Shown: positions 13,051 to 26,696, counted from the stretch's first letter. The stretch: DNA of 64,000 nt from Leucoraja erinacea (GCF_028641065.1 NC_073408.1:12710001-12774000); one strand, 5' to 3'. Numbers and translations are program-made. Notes: generated from the letters alone by a model not told the origin.

Positions 13051-13270
13051 CTCACCAGGGCAGTGTTTCCCAAATTCCCCTTGATCTCACCAGGGCTTGG
13101 TTTTCAAATGCCCTTTAAACTCCCTGGTGCATATTTTCTGCGCTCTCTTTATGCTTATCAGGCCCCTTTTCCATCCACTTTTTAAACTCACAAAGGCTTA
13201 ATTCCCAAGCTTCCCCAAATCATTTTTAAATTCATCAGTTTTTGTTTCCCCTGCTTGCTTTAACCTCGTC
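13051..13270. repeat. Ancient degenerate ~34-bp tandem repeat
   Basis: About 6 units starting ctcaccagggc / ctcaccagggc / ctccctggtgc / cttatcaggcc / ctcacaaaggc / ttcatcag. Confidence 0.6.
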
Positions 13271-13407
13271 TTCTTCAAAATGTACCATACTATTATGTAA
13301 CTTTACAAAAAAAATAAATTAAAGTGGATTGGAGTATTAATAGGGATAAATTCAATTATCTGCAAGATCTGCCAGATCTGCTTTCAGTGAAATTCACTTT
13401 ATAAATA

Positions 13408-13585
13408 CAGGTGCACAACCTTTTATCCGGTGTTCCAGAAACCGAAAAGCTCCGAAAACCGGCCATTTTTTCCAGATGTCGTCTGCGCACCAAAGCTCGC
13501 GTTGGAGATCAACCCAGGTCTGTATACTGTATTTCCTGGAGACCGGGAGACGTTTCAGCTGTAAATCAAAGTAAATGTTAATCAG
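13408..13585 (-). mobile_element. Truncated Tc1/mariner (Tigger-like) MITE end
   Basis: TA|CAGGTGCACAACCTTTTATCCG. Matches the reverse complement of the right end of 49817-50788. Confidence 0.85.
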
Positions 13586-14992
13586 TTTAAATTTGATTCA
13601 GCATCTTTATTATTACAGACTAAGACTGAGTGCCCAATAAGATTCGGGTGATTAGATCTGCTTTCAGTGAAATTCACTTTATAAATACTCTGAATTATGG
13701 ACATATAGTTAAAGTGTTGTAAAAACAACTTACATTTACATTGGAGACACAAGGCGGCCACAGATGCTGACATCTTGAGACCCAGTAAACATAGTGCTGG
13801 AGGATTTGGAACTCACCAGGCTCAGGCGGAGCCCCCAGCATGGGAGTCGCCGACCAGGTAGTAGGGGAGAGAATGGTCACCCCTACACCACCAACACATT
13901 CCCTCCAAAGTGGACTAACATTTTTTTTCTCAGACTGACTTTTCGGCACTCTAATCTACGCTAAAAATCTTCCATTTGCATTAATCCAACAAGTGTTGCT
14001 TCTTTACCTGTATGTATGGATATATAATAATGTCCAAAGGTGTGTGAGCAAAAAACATAGAACTTACCAGGTCAGGCAGCATCTGTCAGCAACCAGTGGG
14101 ACTTTTTATCAGACTCTCTCTTTTGTTAAAACTAATGTAGAAAACAACTTGATAGTTGAAATTTGGTTGTCCATCAGCACTATGGGAGTTTAATGAGAAA
14201 TCCAAAAATATTGGGAAAAGTTAATGTGGACTTTTGTTAAATTCATGTCTTTTTGAGATAATAAGCAAGTTACCTCACAAATTTATTATCTGCACCTTAT
14301 GTATCTTATTTGGAAATGATTTACAAAATGCTCATGATAATTAAGAAAGTTTCACATTTCCCTACTGTGTGGTCATTGATTTTGTTCTTTGGTTCAAGGG
14401 AATCAATTTGGCCTGTCCTTAATTATTCACATTGGTATTAAAAAGGGTATCATTAGAAGTAATGAGGCATTCGTTCAACATTCATAATATAAATATATCA
14501 AAGGATGGTTTTCTCAGTGGAATATCGGATTGAGATAAGAATATCTCAACTTTACCACACTTGGACTAAGAAGGAGAGTAGTTAATGTGGTTATTGTGCA
14601 AGTTGATATGAAATAAAATAGCTGGCAACTTGTTAATCAAGGCCTCCTTTTACTCGCATCCACTTCGCTGGAGGTCAAATGCAGGCTGTTTCATTATTAT
14701 ATTAAAATGATACAAGATCACAGTTAAACACTTTTTATATGACCTTTTGGTATTTACACTAAGCCATTACATTGCCAGAGGCCACCAATAAAAACAATTG
14801 ACTTCAATGCTTGGCAGTCAGCAGTTCACCAAAGTGAACTAGGTGCAAGGGAAAGGGCAACTCATGAGTTTCTATGGCCATTTTTTATTCTTTCATTTTC
14901 TTTGTGTAATCAGGTTCTCATGGACTCTATAGCATTTATCAAATTTTAATGGGAATCATTTTTATTAGTCAGTCCCTTGGAATCAAGGGTTA

Positions 14993-15160
14993 TGCCCCTG
15001 TCCCACTTAGGAAACCTGAACGGAAACCTCTGGAGACTTTGCGCCCCACCCAAGGTTTCCGTGCGGTTTCCAGAGGTTTTTGTCATTCTTCCTACCTGCT
15101 TCCACTACCTGAAACCTCCGGCAACCACCTGCAACCTCTGGGAACCGCATGGAAACCTTG
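14993..15160. mobile_element. PIF/Harbinger-type MITE, one end only
   Basis: tta|TGCCCCTGTCCCAC terminus shared with the elements at 23894 and 40333. Internal ggaaacc/ggtttcc repeats. Confidence 0.7.
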
Positions 15161-16689
15161 GAATCTGAAGGGTGATCTCGTAGAGGTATATAAAATTGAG
15201 GGGAAGAGATAGAATAGTAATAGGTATTAGTGCAGCTAGCCTTGCAGTTAAAGACACGATATAAATCTCTGCCTCAAGACAGAGAAAGTAGAAGTGTGAA
15301 AGTAAATGGGTGTTAAGCAGAAGAGGCAAAATAACAATAGGGGAATTTATTGCTGATTCTTAACATAGCAGGTAACTTCTTTGTTTTATGTTTCCACTCT
15401 CATATCAGGAGGCTGAGGAAGTAACTCCAAGCTACCTGTTAGTGGGCTGTTTTAATTGAAGTTTTCCTTTACCTGTTAAACAATTAATAGCAGAAGGAAA
15501 TAATGGATATAAAATCTTAGCAGATTTTGTCATTGAAGGATTTAAAACAACTCTTTTGCAGACATTAACATAAAGCCCAAGAAAAGAGAAGCAATAGTAT
15601 AAGAGAAGTAAATGAAAAGGAACCAATTCAAATTGTACCTTTACCACTGATCTTGCAAATATCATGTCATCACAAATTTATGGGGAAGTTGCAATGTCTA
15701 ATGAATACACCAAGTTGATGTTAAATCCGTTGCATTTCCAACCTTTGCATGTTGAATTATTGCACCATTAAAGTCTTGCCGTCTCATAGATGAGAGCTCA
15801 AAAGCTAGTGAATAAAAATCTTAGCCCGACAATAGTAAAGGAAACGGTGAGAAACAATAAAGTAAAGGTGAGAAATGCATGTTTCCAGCAACCATCAGTT
15901 CCATAACTTCTCTTCTCAGCAAAGGTACTGTTACTTTCAACTGCAGTAGGTCAACCCACAACAGATCTGAACATCACATACAGAAATAAAATTGGGTGGG
16001 CAGTCCCAAGTGCAAATTTGGAAAATAAATTCCGATATTCTACCACATTGTGGTCAGTTGCCCTTTCCACTTCTCTTCTCCTTTCCATTGGGTTTAAACT
16101 GGCACTTACAAAAAGGTGTGTTGTAGAGATGTAGAAATGCAACATGGACTTTTTCAATTAAACAATCTAGCAGCAAATATCTTACAAAGATTTTAAACTT
16201 TTCCACAGTTGAGTGCATGTGACCTGTGGAAGACTTTTAACGAGTAATTTACCCTCATTGGAAAAGTGAACTGAGGTACCATTTGAATTAGTTCCTTTTC
16301 ATTCACTTCTCATAGTATTTCTTCCCTTTCCTTGGTCTTTATGATGTTTTAAAACTTTCTCTGACAGAAACGGCAAATATTTTTCTTCCGTTATTTTATA
16401 TAATGACTTCATTCTAGATGGGATAGGTAGGAAATAACTTGTTGGGGCCCTGGCAGAGACATCTGCATCAACTTTATCCACGATTGAGGTACCATAAGAC
16501 TGGATGTTGGCAAATATAGTCACTTTATTTAAGAAAGAGTGCAAGGGCAAGTCAAGGACCCACTCCCCTAACCTGAACATCTGGCAGTCAAGTAGTGACA
16601 AATCTACCTATTGAGGGAGTTCTAGATTATGCCAAAACATTTATGCTCATGTTGAAAGGGAGAGCATTGACACGTTCACAAGCCCCTGG

Positions 16690-17590
16690 CAACCCTGTAA
16701 TCCCTGTCTCAGAGACCCATACAGCCTGCCAGCCCGAGTGCTAAAGACCTGTAGGGACTAATTAGCTGGAGTATTCAGACATCTTCAATCATTTTCTTTT
16801 GTAGTCTGAGGTTCTCACCTGTTTCAGAGGGGCATCTATCACCCAAGAAGAGCACAGTGATCTGCTTCAATGATTGCTATCTAGTAGCTGTTACATATAC
16901 CATAATGAAATGCTCCGAGAGGTTGGCGATTGCATGAATCAACTAGTGGCTCAGAAATTACCTTGATACCCATCAATTTGCCTATCACCACAATAGCAGA
17001 TACGATTTTACTGGCTCCACTCTGCTCTGGATCATCTGGACATAGGCTGCTGTTTGTCAACTGCAGCTCGCTGTTCAACATTATCGTCCCCTCCAAACTC
17101 ATCACCAATTTTCAAGACCTGGGCTTCTGCGCCTTCCTTTGCATCTGGATCCTTGACTTCTTCATTAGCACTCAATCAATGTGGATCGGTGAGAACATTT
17201 CTTCCTCATTGACCATCAACCAGATTCACCTCAACTGTGTGCTTTGCCCCCTGCTCTCCTCTTTGCACCAGTGACTGTGTGGCTCAGCATAGCTCCAATG
17301 CCATCTTGAAATTGGCCATCTTCACCACTGTGGTCAACTAAATCAGCGATTGACCTGAGCATGATGCAATCACAAAGAACTGTGCCAGAGCCTCCATTTT
17401 CTGAGTAGTTTAATGAGATTCGGCATGATTCTGAATATTCTAACAGGTCTTTACAGACGTAGTGTCGAAAGTTATCTGACTGCATCATGTCTTGGTATGC
17501 TAATTCCAATGCACAGAAATGCAAGACGCTGCAGAAAATGATGGCCCAGTCCATCATGAGCGCAGCCCTTCCCTCCATTGAAAGCATTTA
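16690..17590 (+). mobile_element. Decayed Rex1/Babar LINE
   Basis: RLLFVNCSSLFNIIVPSKLITNFQDLG...LCIWILDF is homologous to 45005-46830. Confidence 0.8.
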
Positions 17591-18229
17591 CATGGAGGGA
17601 TATGGTCCTAACACAGACAGGTGGGATGTGCAGATGGGGCATCTTGGTTGGCGTGGGTGAGTTGGCCCTAAGGGTCTTTTCCATGCTGTATGGCACTATA
17701 ACTCGAAAGAAGGATGAAATTAAAAATCTCATTGCCTTGAGGAATTTACAAAGAAAGCCTACTAGCTGGGTGTTATTCTAGATGGTATTTTGTATATCGT
17801 GAATTGTTTTTATTTAGTTCTAACTATTCAAAAACAGCATCATAAGAACAAGAGAAATACTAGCAGGAATTAATCTTTGGCCACACGTGCTTATTCCATA
17901 ATTAAACAATTATCTTCCCTCTTCTCTCACAGCACCACTTTCTTACACTAATTCTAAAAGGGGTAGGTCTTTCATGATCTTGGAGAAGGCATTTCTTCAT
18001 TTGGGGCATAGTGAATCTTTGAAAACCCATTAGGAATGTGAAGACACAGTTACTGAGTATATTTAAGATCAATAGATATTAGGTTATTGAGAAATCTCAA
18101 TATTGAGGAATAATAATATCTTCAATTGAGGAATATTGCTTGATTTTATCAATACGCTAATATCTGTTGTGTCTTTGCAAGCTTTATCAATACACTAATA
18201 TCTTGAATGTGTCTCTACAAGCTTATTGG

Positions 18230-18640
18230 GAATCAAAGAACATTTAGCCTCTAAACAAAGACATTTCTTCTCAGTCCTAAAAGACCTACCATTTTATTTG
18301 TGGCTGAACTCTGTATCCACCCCGTCAAGAAGAATGCTGTGTGTTTCAATGAAGTTCATCTTCTACTTCATTAGACAGTGTAGAACCGATCTGTATAGTC
18401 TCTCCTCACAGAGCAATTCCACCAATCCCAAGAATCTATGCTGTGATTCTTTGTTGCACTTCCTCTTCATTAATTAGGGAGATTTCACCTATACATAATA
18501 TTACAGCTGCTGTACCACTAAGGCTCTGGTATAATTGCCATAACATGTCTTTATCATTGTAGCCCAAAACTCTTGCAATAAAGGCCAACATAATATTTCC
18601 CTTCCTAATGAATGACTCTACCTGTACATTAAACATTGTC
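18230..18640 (-). mobile_element. Decayed CR1 fragment
   Basis: ORF 18436-18636 contains IRKGNIMLAFIARVLGYNDKDMLWQLYQSL, a CR1 ORF2 C-terminal motif. Confidence 0.7.
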
Positions 18641-19982
18641 CTCTATCACTTCCACAATCCTTTTCACTTGCCTATTTTGAATGACACCTTCCCCTCTCTT
18701 CTCCCCTCCCCTTATTATGCTGTGGTCAATTTGCTTGTCTGCCTGCAGTCTCTGCTCTTGACCTCATAGATTTCAAAACATTTTTGTCCTGTGTGTACTC
18801 CTTTCTACATGTTACTGATTTCTCTAAGGCATTAAAGAGGTGCATAGTTTGGAAACCCACACATTAGGTTAAATAATTTACCAACTGCTTAAACAGATGT
18901 GTTTGCGACTAAGGTGGACTTACAGCAGATAGCAGCATGCTAACATGTAATGATTCTCTCTCGCTGCATTTCTTCTTTCATTCATTTGGCACCCAGTGGA
19001 ACAACACGGACAGCAATAGTATTGGCTTATGTATGGTAACAGTCTTGCTGAGCTGTGAGCAAAAAAGTTTTGTCACTGTACCTTGATACATGTGCGAATA
19101 AAGAAACCATTGGCGGGTATTCTGTATTCTGCTGTGAAGTCTATTTTACGAAGAGTATTAGGAATCACAATACATTTGTGACCAATACAATAAGAAATTG
19201 AATATGTATCATTGATCAAATTGATCTAAAAGATATTCCAGCTCAGAAAATATAGTACTTGCATTCATTGGATTAAATTTATCGCATACTTCACAAATGG
19301 CGAATGTGGACATTTTTTCTGTCATAAAACATGGATTTTTATAGCGTAGAACAAAGCTACTCCCAAAATATATTCCTATTTTATTTATCTAATTTATTTC
19401 TATGTAGGAGCATGTTGAATTATCTGGAGACAAATTCAGCTGGGGAACATTAGTAATTTATTGAGAATGACAGATGAGAAGGGGTGTACTCAAAACATGT
19501 CGGCTAGATAAATAAGTAGGTGGTGCCATAGTTAATTTTTCTAAAAACGAAAATGTATATTGTTGAACATATTTCCTTTTAATATTCATCTTGATTGTGG
19601 TAGTTGTCAGATTAGCTGATACAAAACATTATATTTTGTTGTTAATTTAGACAAATTAACCTCAGTTAAAGTTTCTTGCAAAAAACATTCATCACTGGCT
19701 GGAGATTTTTTGATCAGTTCTGATTTGAAAATGTATTCTTTTAGAAGCTTAATGAGATACAACATGGAATAAGCAATCATTTTTAATGAGCAATTGGTAC
19801 ACTGTTGCTTGTAACTTTTGTAAACCTCTAGGAGGCACTACGGGTTAGCATTTTTACTGTGGTTCAGTAAAGGTTCATTATTTAGAAATATAATGAATCA
19901 TGGTAACTAACTGACTGAAGGTGCTAGATCATGACACTTGGTCCGATCTGCCATCTGTATCTCACTGTCACCCCTCATACAG

Positions 19983-20000
19983 GAATGTAATGAAACGAAG
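19983..20000 (+). other. Candidate 18-nt microexon
   Basis: ctgtatctcactgtcacccctcatacAG | GAATGTAATGAAACGAAG | GTAAGA. Length is divisible by 3 and it lies in non-repeat sequence. No gene identity is supportable. Confidence 0.35.
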
Positions 20001-20949
20001 GTAAGAACATTTAAGGAAAAAGGTGCAAATATGTCTTCAACCAATTTCTATAATCGTGCAGGTATTATGAATGTTTTGAAGTCACTTGTATTAGTATAAT
20101 AATTCAGGAAATAATAACAGTACTTTTCTTTCAGTAACCTGCATACTTCGTTAATAATTCCAAATGGGAATTTATTATGCATTAAAATTACTTCACGGGT
20201 GATGCTGTGGGATACACCTATTGTTAATTTTATTTGTAACTTAGCACGAGGGAGTTAATTTTGATTCTTCAGTGTATTGTCACTCATTATCTTGGAACTT
20301 CGTAGGTCACACTGGAATTCAGTTGATCAGATTTTTTTCACATGTAATTGAGCTCTTGCACAGCTGAGTATCCCTTGTTAAAATTAAAATTGTAAAAACA
20401 AGAAACCTGAAAAAATATGTGAATTCTGTAAATCTTACCCTATCAAAAAATAAAAGTTTGTATTTTTAGTTGGAAAGCTTTATCAACCTCTTGATAACAA
20501 AAAATATATTAGTGTAATTTTTTGTAATTAGATTGTCAAAGGAAGGAAAAATTATCTTTAGCTTCAAGGTCTTGCTCATTTTATTTTAATGTATTCCATA
20601 CCTTGTATTCATCTGTGAAATCTAATTAGAATATTAGAAAATTCAAGTAAACATGGGTTAAAAAATATGGAAGTGAATGCAAAGTATTATTTTTGTTATG
20701 GAAGTATTGATTCCTTATATTAAAGACTCATTCTTGCTGGAGTGCGAGCTGCTCACTCATTATATTCGCCATCTGAACCTTCTGTTCCACTGACTTCAAA
20801 GGAACTAACTAAGAGGCAAGTACAAACAGAATACTGATATTCTCAAACATATTGGTAGCAACCAAGGGAAAGTTTTAACTATTTCTAACTAAAGGTGAAT
20901 AGTGCAATTCTAGAGAAAGGAAAATATATCTGCCACCTTTTAATATGAG

Positions 20950-21270
20950 AGTAGGTCGCAGAAACAAGCCCCTCAAAACAGCGAGTCTGCGCCAACCATC
21001 AAGCACCCATTTATTCTCATTTTAAACTAATTCTATTTTATTTTTTTACATTCGTCTCAACTTCTTCCAGATTCTACTATTCACCTACGCTTTTGGGGCA
21101 ATATACAATGGCCAGTTAATCAACCAACTCGCATATCTTTGGGATAAGGCAGGAAACCCGAGGTTACTAGGAGTACATGAAAACTTCACAGACAGCACAT
21201 AATCTCAGGATTGAGATCAGGTTGCTGGAGCTGTGAGCAGCAGTTCGACTTACTGCACCTCTGAACCACG
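20950..21270 (-). mobile_element. Old V-SINE remnant
   Basis: Decayed match to the V-SINE layout ('aatcaaccaactcgcatatctttgggataaggcaggaaacccgagg', 'caggttgctggagctgtgagcagcag'). Confidence 0.65.
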
Positions 21271-23893
21271 CTATTGAATAGGCACTTTAAATTCGGAATC
21301 TTCCTAAAGCAATTTTTTTTTGGTTTTCCCTTTTTTATTGGTGATCAATTTGAGTATTTGCGGAAAGATTTGTCATTCCGATATCATGCTTTAACTGTCA
21401 TGTTATTCGGTTGATAAATAGAAATACACAGTCAAGAAAGAATTACATTACTTGTCATTCGAAACTGTGGAATTTCTTAAGTCCAGCAACAATGTACAAG
21501 AAAAACCAGTGAAACCCTTAAAAATAAATATATATGTTTTCCTCATATGGCTACTTTTGTTGAATGCAATGAATGATCAAAATAGATTTTATGGAACTGT
21601 TACCCTAGTCTCACCTAATGAATTATACACAATTATTTGTATGCAAAACTTGGGTATGGATTTTGTTTCTCACCTCGAAAGACTGTTCAACTTTCTTGAA
21701 AGTCCCCGCAGTTTTTTTCTGAAGCAGAAATATATTGTAACCTGGTGTTCCTTCATGGTAACTTTTAGATGAGTTCTATGATATTTGTGACGAAGTAAAG
21801 GAACACCAACTATTTAAAATATCAAACTGAAGTCACATAGGAATTAATCCTTTTTTCATTTCTTACTACAAAGATGTTTGATTGTTGGCACTGAATAGAA
21901 GTGGTTTCAATAAACACTGCAGGCACAGAAGTGTTCAATGGAAAATATTAATCAACCAAGTCGGACTAAGATAAAAGGTAAACAATTCTGTGTGATGATG
22001 ATGATCAGATTGTCTTGATTATGATAATTATATCCCCATCAAATATTTGACATGGAGTACAAACAAAGGTAAAATAATTTATTCAACAATTTGAAATATT
22101 TTTTTAGAATATAAGGAATATAAAGATAAATAAGTAAATTAAATGTTCTGTAAAACATAATTTTACCTGACACTGGTAATATGGAATGTCATTGCAAGAC
22201 ACAGTTTTCAAGATGATATGTTGGAAGGCCTTAAACATTTTTTTTGTTGGATTTTGAGAATTAAGTTGTGGCTCAAAGACTCTGAATGTTATATATGCAT
22301 GATAGTGTTGAAACTTAATGGAGGGAGCTAGATTGTGTGATTTTATTCTGTGTTATTTTCTTATTTGTAGCAATTCTTACTTGAATTTTTAACAAGGACT
22401 CAATGTTCCCCCTAAATTACATCGGATTAAGAAATGTAAAAATATTGCAGAGCTCCTTGGAGGTAATGCACTGAGCATTGAGCATTTTTGAGCATATTTT
22501 GCTCCATTTGTTGAGCAGTTTTGAATATATTTTTGCTGCGTTTGATTTTACTTATTACAGTACATGAATCATTGGGATTCCAAAGGAAAATACACAGGAA
22601 GTCCACACCAGCTTCATCAGTGTCCGAAAGGTAAAGATTAATTGGCATATTCTTTGCCAGCCTAATTTTGTTTTGTTTTTTTCACAATTTATTGTCCCTC
22701 TTGATCAGTTTCAATTTGAGGGCATGAAATTGAGATACCATGAAAAGAATGAAGGAAAATACTCAGGAATATTGATCACATTTTTCTGCTCATGAGCTAC
22801 AAAAATCTCTAATTGCAGGAGATGGCAGTTTTTGGCTTCTATCAGAGTAGAGGAATGAAGGGGAGGCTTGGGTGGGGTTCGGATAAGGGAAAATCTGTGT
22901 GTGGAATCATTGCATATTTGCAATTGTATTTCAGATCAATGAACTGAATAAAAATATCTTGTAAAATAGCCGTCTTGAAATTGTTACAAATATTAATCTC
23001 CAGCATATTGGATTGAAACTATTTTTATTCCACTATAACTACCATTCTGAAGCAGTCTATAATTTATTTTCTTGTACGTGTTATCAAACTATTGAAATCA
23101 CAGTTGTACATGTGCAATATTTTATTTATTTGAAATATGCATAAGGCAGTTGTATCTAATCTTATTAAAATCTAAATCAAAATTATTTGCAACATTTTAA
23201 GAAATGTCAGCTGTGTTCAACAGTGTCGCTCTTATAATTATTTCTAGTAGAGTTAAATATATCTTGAATTCTGTGTAGCCTGGTTTTAAGCCAGTAATTA
23301 GACATTTTAATTACTGACAACTCATTGTGTGGGTAATTATTCCAAGATTCAAAGATGCACCATTCTAATGCACATTTCATTAAAGTGTCAATATCTTGCA
23401 TTATTCCTTTCCAACCCAACCCATAACTAACAGCCAGGTTTCTAACTGTACTACTGACTGGTGAAACCCTGTTGGGGCTTATGGTATTCAGAATTTTGGG
23501 ACCTTTTCTATAACTCTCCATATTTTTCTCATGGAATTATAAAAAAAATACATTTATACATTCCTTTTATATAGGAAGCTGAAGAAACTTAAAATATTTT
23601 TTACTTTTCAAGATCCAGAGATTAGACATTAATAAATACTGCTTCTGCTAGTGAGGCAGCTGAGGAAGCTAACTTTGCTTATTATTTCTGAAATCTTTTA
23701 ATGGTCCTTATAATTAATTTCAAACCCATTTTTAATAGTGCGACAGCAGGGGAAGACACGGTGGTTGACTACTTGGGCAGACAGAAAAATACATAAATGT
23801 TGTTCCTTGATTATCTTTGAAACATTGTTTCCCTCCTGTTTTGCTTCATTGGTTACAATGCTGGCATTAGATTTCTTTTACACAGAAGAGTAA

Positions 23894-24223
23894 TAGCCCT
23901 GTCCCACAGTGCGAGTTCATTCAAGAGCTCTCCCGAGTTTAAAAAAAAATCAAACTCGTGGTAAGCACGGAGAATGAATGTAGCGGGTACGTCGGAGCTC
24001 GGGGACGTCTCTTAGCGGCTCGTAACGCTAACGGCAGGTACTCGGGAAGACTCGCTAACGGCAGGTAAGCACGGGAAGACTCGTGCAGATTTTTCAACAT
24101 GACGAAAAATATCCACGAGAGCCCCATGTACCGACGAGCGGCCATTACCGTAAATCTCCGAGTTCGAATCAGGGCAAACTCGGGAGAGCTCTTGGAATGA
24201 ACTCGTACCGTGGGACAGGGGTT
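23894..24223. mobile_element. PIF/Harbinger-type MITE (complete)
   Basis: ~45-bp imperfect TIRs (TAGCCCTGTCCCAC... / ...GTGGGACAGGGGTT) with a TAA TSD at 23891-23893 and 24224-24226. Confidence 0.85.
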
Positions 24224-24509
24224 TAAGATTGTTTTGGATATGGTACTTGATTGCTGTTAATACTGCTGAAAAAGTGCTTTTCAATTTCCATAAGTGAAAC
24301 TAGGTTTTTGCTTATGACTTGCTTATGCTAGATGTTGGCATTTCAGCATTTCTGGACTATTGCAGAATAGAATATGGTGCAAGAGTTTATTGAGTTTGTA
24401 TAATGACAATTGTTAAAATGCAAGTTACATTTTGAGCAATATGTCATATTTTTTCATCCCACTTTGATGAGCAAATATAATTGTAATATGTTACAGCGGT
24501 TCTCAGTAG

Positions 24510-25607
24510 AACATAGAAACAGAGTACAGGAAGAAGCCCGTCGGCCCATAATGTTCATGCTGAATATGATCCCAAGTTAAACCAATCTCCTCTGTCCGAA
24601 CATGATCAATATCCCTTCATTTTCTGCATTTCCATGTGCCTATCTAAAAACATCTTGAATGCTATAAACATATCTGCTTCCAGCACCACCCGTGGCAATG
24701 TGTTCCAGGCACCCACCACAATTAGTGTAAAACGAAATACTTGCTCCGCACAACATCTTTAAATTTTGCCCCCTCTCATCTTAAAGCTAGGCTCTCTAGT
24801 CTTTGACATTTCTACATTGGGAAATGATTCTGACTGTTCACCCTATCTATGTCTCTCTTAGACATAGGTTTATATACTTCTATCAGGTCTGCCCTTGGCC
24901 TCTGGCACTTCAGACAAAAACAATTCTAGTCTGTATAACCTCTCCTTATAGCTAATACCTTCTAATCCAGGAATTTTGTTGAACCTCTTCTGTCCCCTGT
25001 CCAAAGCCTTCACCTCCTTCCTGTAATGGGGCAATCAGAATTAAATACAATACTCCAAATAGGCCTAACCAAAGCTGCAGTATGGCCTCCTGACTCTTGT
25101 ATTCAATGCCCCAAGTCATTCCTTCTCTCCAGAGATGCTGCCTGTCCCGTTGAGTTACTCCAGCGTTTTGCGTCTACCCTGACCAATGAAGGTTTACAGA
25201 GTATTTACTTTCTTTACAACTGCATCTACTTGTATTGCACTTTCAGTGACCTATGGACAAGGACCCCGAGATCCCTCTGTATATCAGTGCTGCTCAGAGT
25301 CTTACCATTAACTGTATACATTCCCACTACATTCAACCTCTCAAAATGCAACACCTCATACATACTCAGATTATACTGCATCTGCCATTTTCCCCGTCCA
25401 TATCTGATCGATATCCTGCTGTAAATTTTCTTCACTGTCTGCAACTCAACCAATTTTGGTGTTGTCACATATTACAAATTTATCTGCTCATCACGGTGGA
25501 ATGAACAAAATGTGACATATTGCTTAAAATTTAACGCATTTTAACTGTGGTGAATTATCATTGTACAATTTGGTGTTGTCTGCAAACTTATTAACCAACC
25601 CATTTAC
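24510..25607 (-). mobile_element. CR1 LINE 3' fragment with internal insertions
   Basis: (tttctatg) tail at ~24510. ORF 25226-25468 contains KWQMQYN...EVLHF...YTVNGKTL...QRDLGVLVHRSLKV. Carries a Penelope-terminus piece (~25116-25180). Confidence 0.85.
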
Positions 25608-25770
25608 NNNNNNNNNNNNNNNNNNNNNNNNNNNNNNNNNNNNNNNNNNNNNNNNNNNNNNNNNNNNNNNNNNNNNNNNNNNNNNNNNNNNNNNNNNNNN
25701 NNNNNNNNNNNNNNNNNNNNNNNNNNNNNNNNNNNNNNNNNNNNNNNNNNNNNNNNNNNNNNNNNNNNNN
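25608..25770. other. Assembly gap (run of N)
   Basis: 163 consecutive N. Confidence 1.
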
Positions 25771-25949
25771 GTTATAGCTAGGCATAAGATATTTTACGGA
25801 ACCTCTGGCCATCAGCATGATGACGCATTGAGTTGAGTCGAAATAAGTACAAAACTATTAAAAATTTTAGACATCATGTGTAGCCTAAGTCCTCTTATCA
25901 GATGGTTGGCTTGCAGTGACTCTTAATCTGTGCCTCTTAAACTATTTCA

Positions 25950-26696
25950 GTGTCATTCGCCCTTGAGTCTTTATAACAAGGTTTCATTCACCCTCGACTA
26001 CATTTACTTAAGTGTTTATTTTATTCAACTTTTTGAACATCCTAAAAATATGTAAAGAAAACTAGGAGTGAAAAAGAGTTTACCACTGGAATTGGAAAAT
26101 CATTCTATTAGAATGATAAAAAAACTTTCCAACGTCTAAACAATGGGCATCAGCCCCATCCTACCCTTTCGGGCTTTGATTACTGCAGTTTTTTTCTTGG
26201 AAAACTAGCTCAAAAAACCATGTAATTTAATAGATTAGTATCAAGCTAATATAACTTTCTATAACTCTCCCCGCCAAAAGCTCACAATACCACCAAATAT
26301 CAACTTTGGTAGCGAAATGCTACACAAAGTAAAGTCACAGTTCAACAGTTGCCTACGGCGATCCTCAAGTGTTGCCTTTTATAAATTTATGACCCCATTA
26401 GCTCGCCTGGTCTTCCCTAAAAGGTTATATTACAGTAAATTAGGGAAATATCCTGCTACTTTGAATTTAGAAAACCATAGGTAGAGAGGAAAGAAAATCA
26501 AATTTCCAGCTCCAATGCCATTAAAACCAAAAACCGATACTTCAATGGCAGTGGCTTTTTTAAGATATTTTAAGAAAAAAAGAAATATCTGAATAAATTA
26601 AGTCATTCGCCTTTCATTCACCCCTCTAAGTTGCATTCACCCCAAAATAATTTCATTCGCCCTTGGGTGAACCATTCACCAGTTTAGGAAGCACTG
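25950..26696. mobile_element. hAT/Charlie-like element end
   Basis: Ends ...CACCAGTTTAGGAAGCACTG (reverse complement CAGTGCTTCCTAAACT), with multiple subterminal TCATTCRCC repeats. The other end was not found and may lie in the gap. Confidence 0.6.

Noticed and set aside
15409-15420. 12-nt microexon candidate GAGGCTGAGGAA after a good acceptor
   Set aside because: The donor GAA|GTAACT is weak and there is no independent support.
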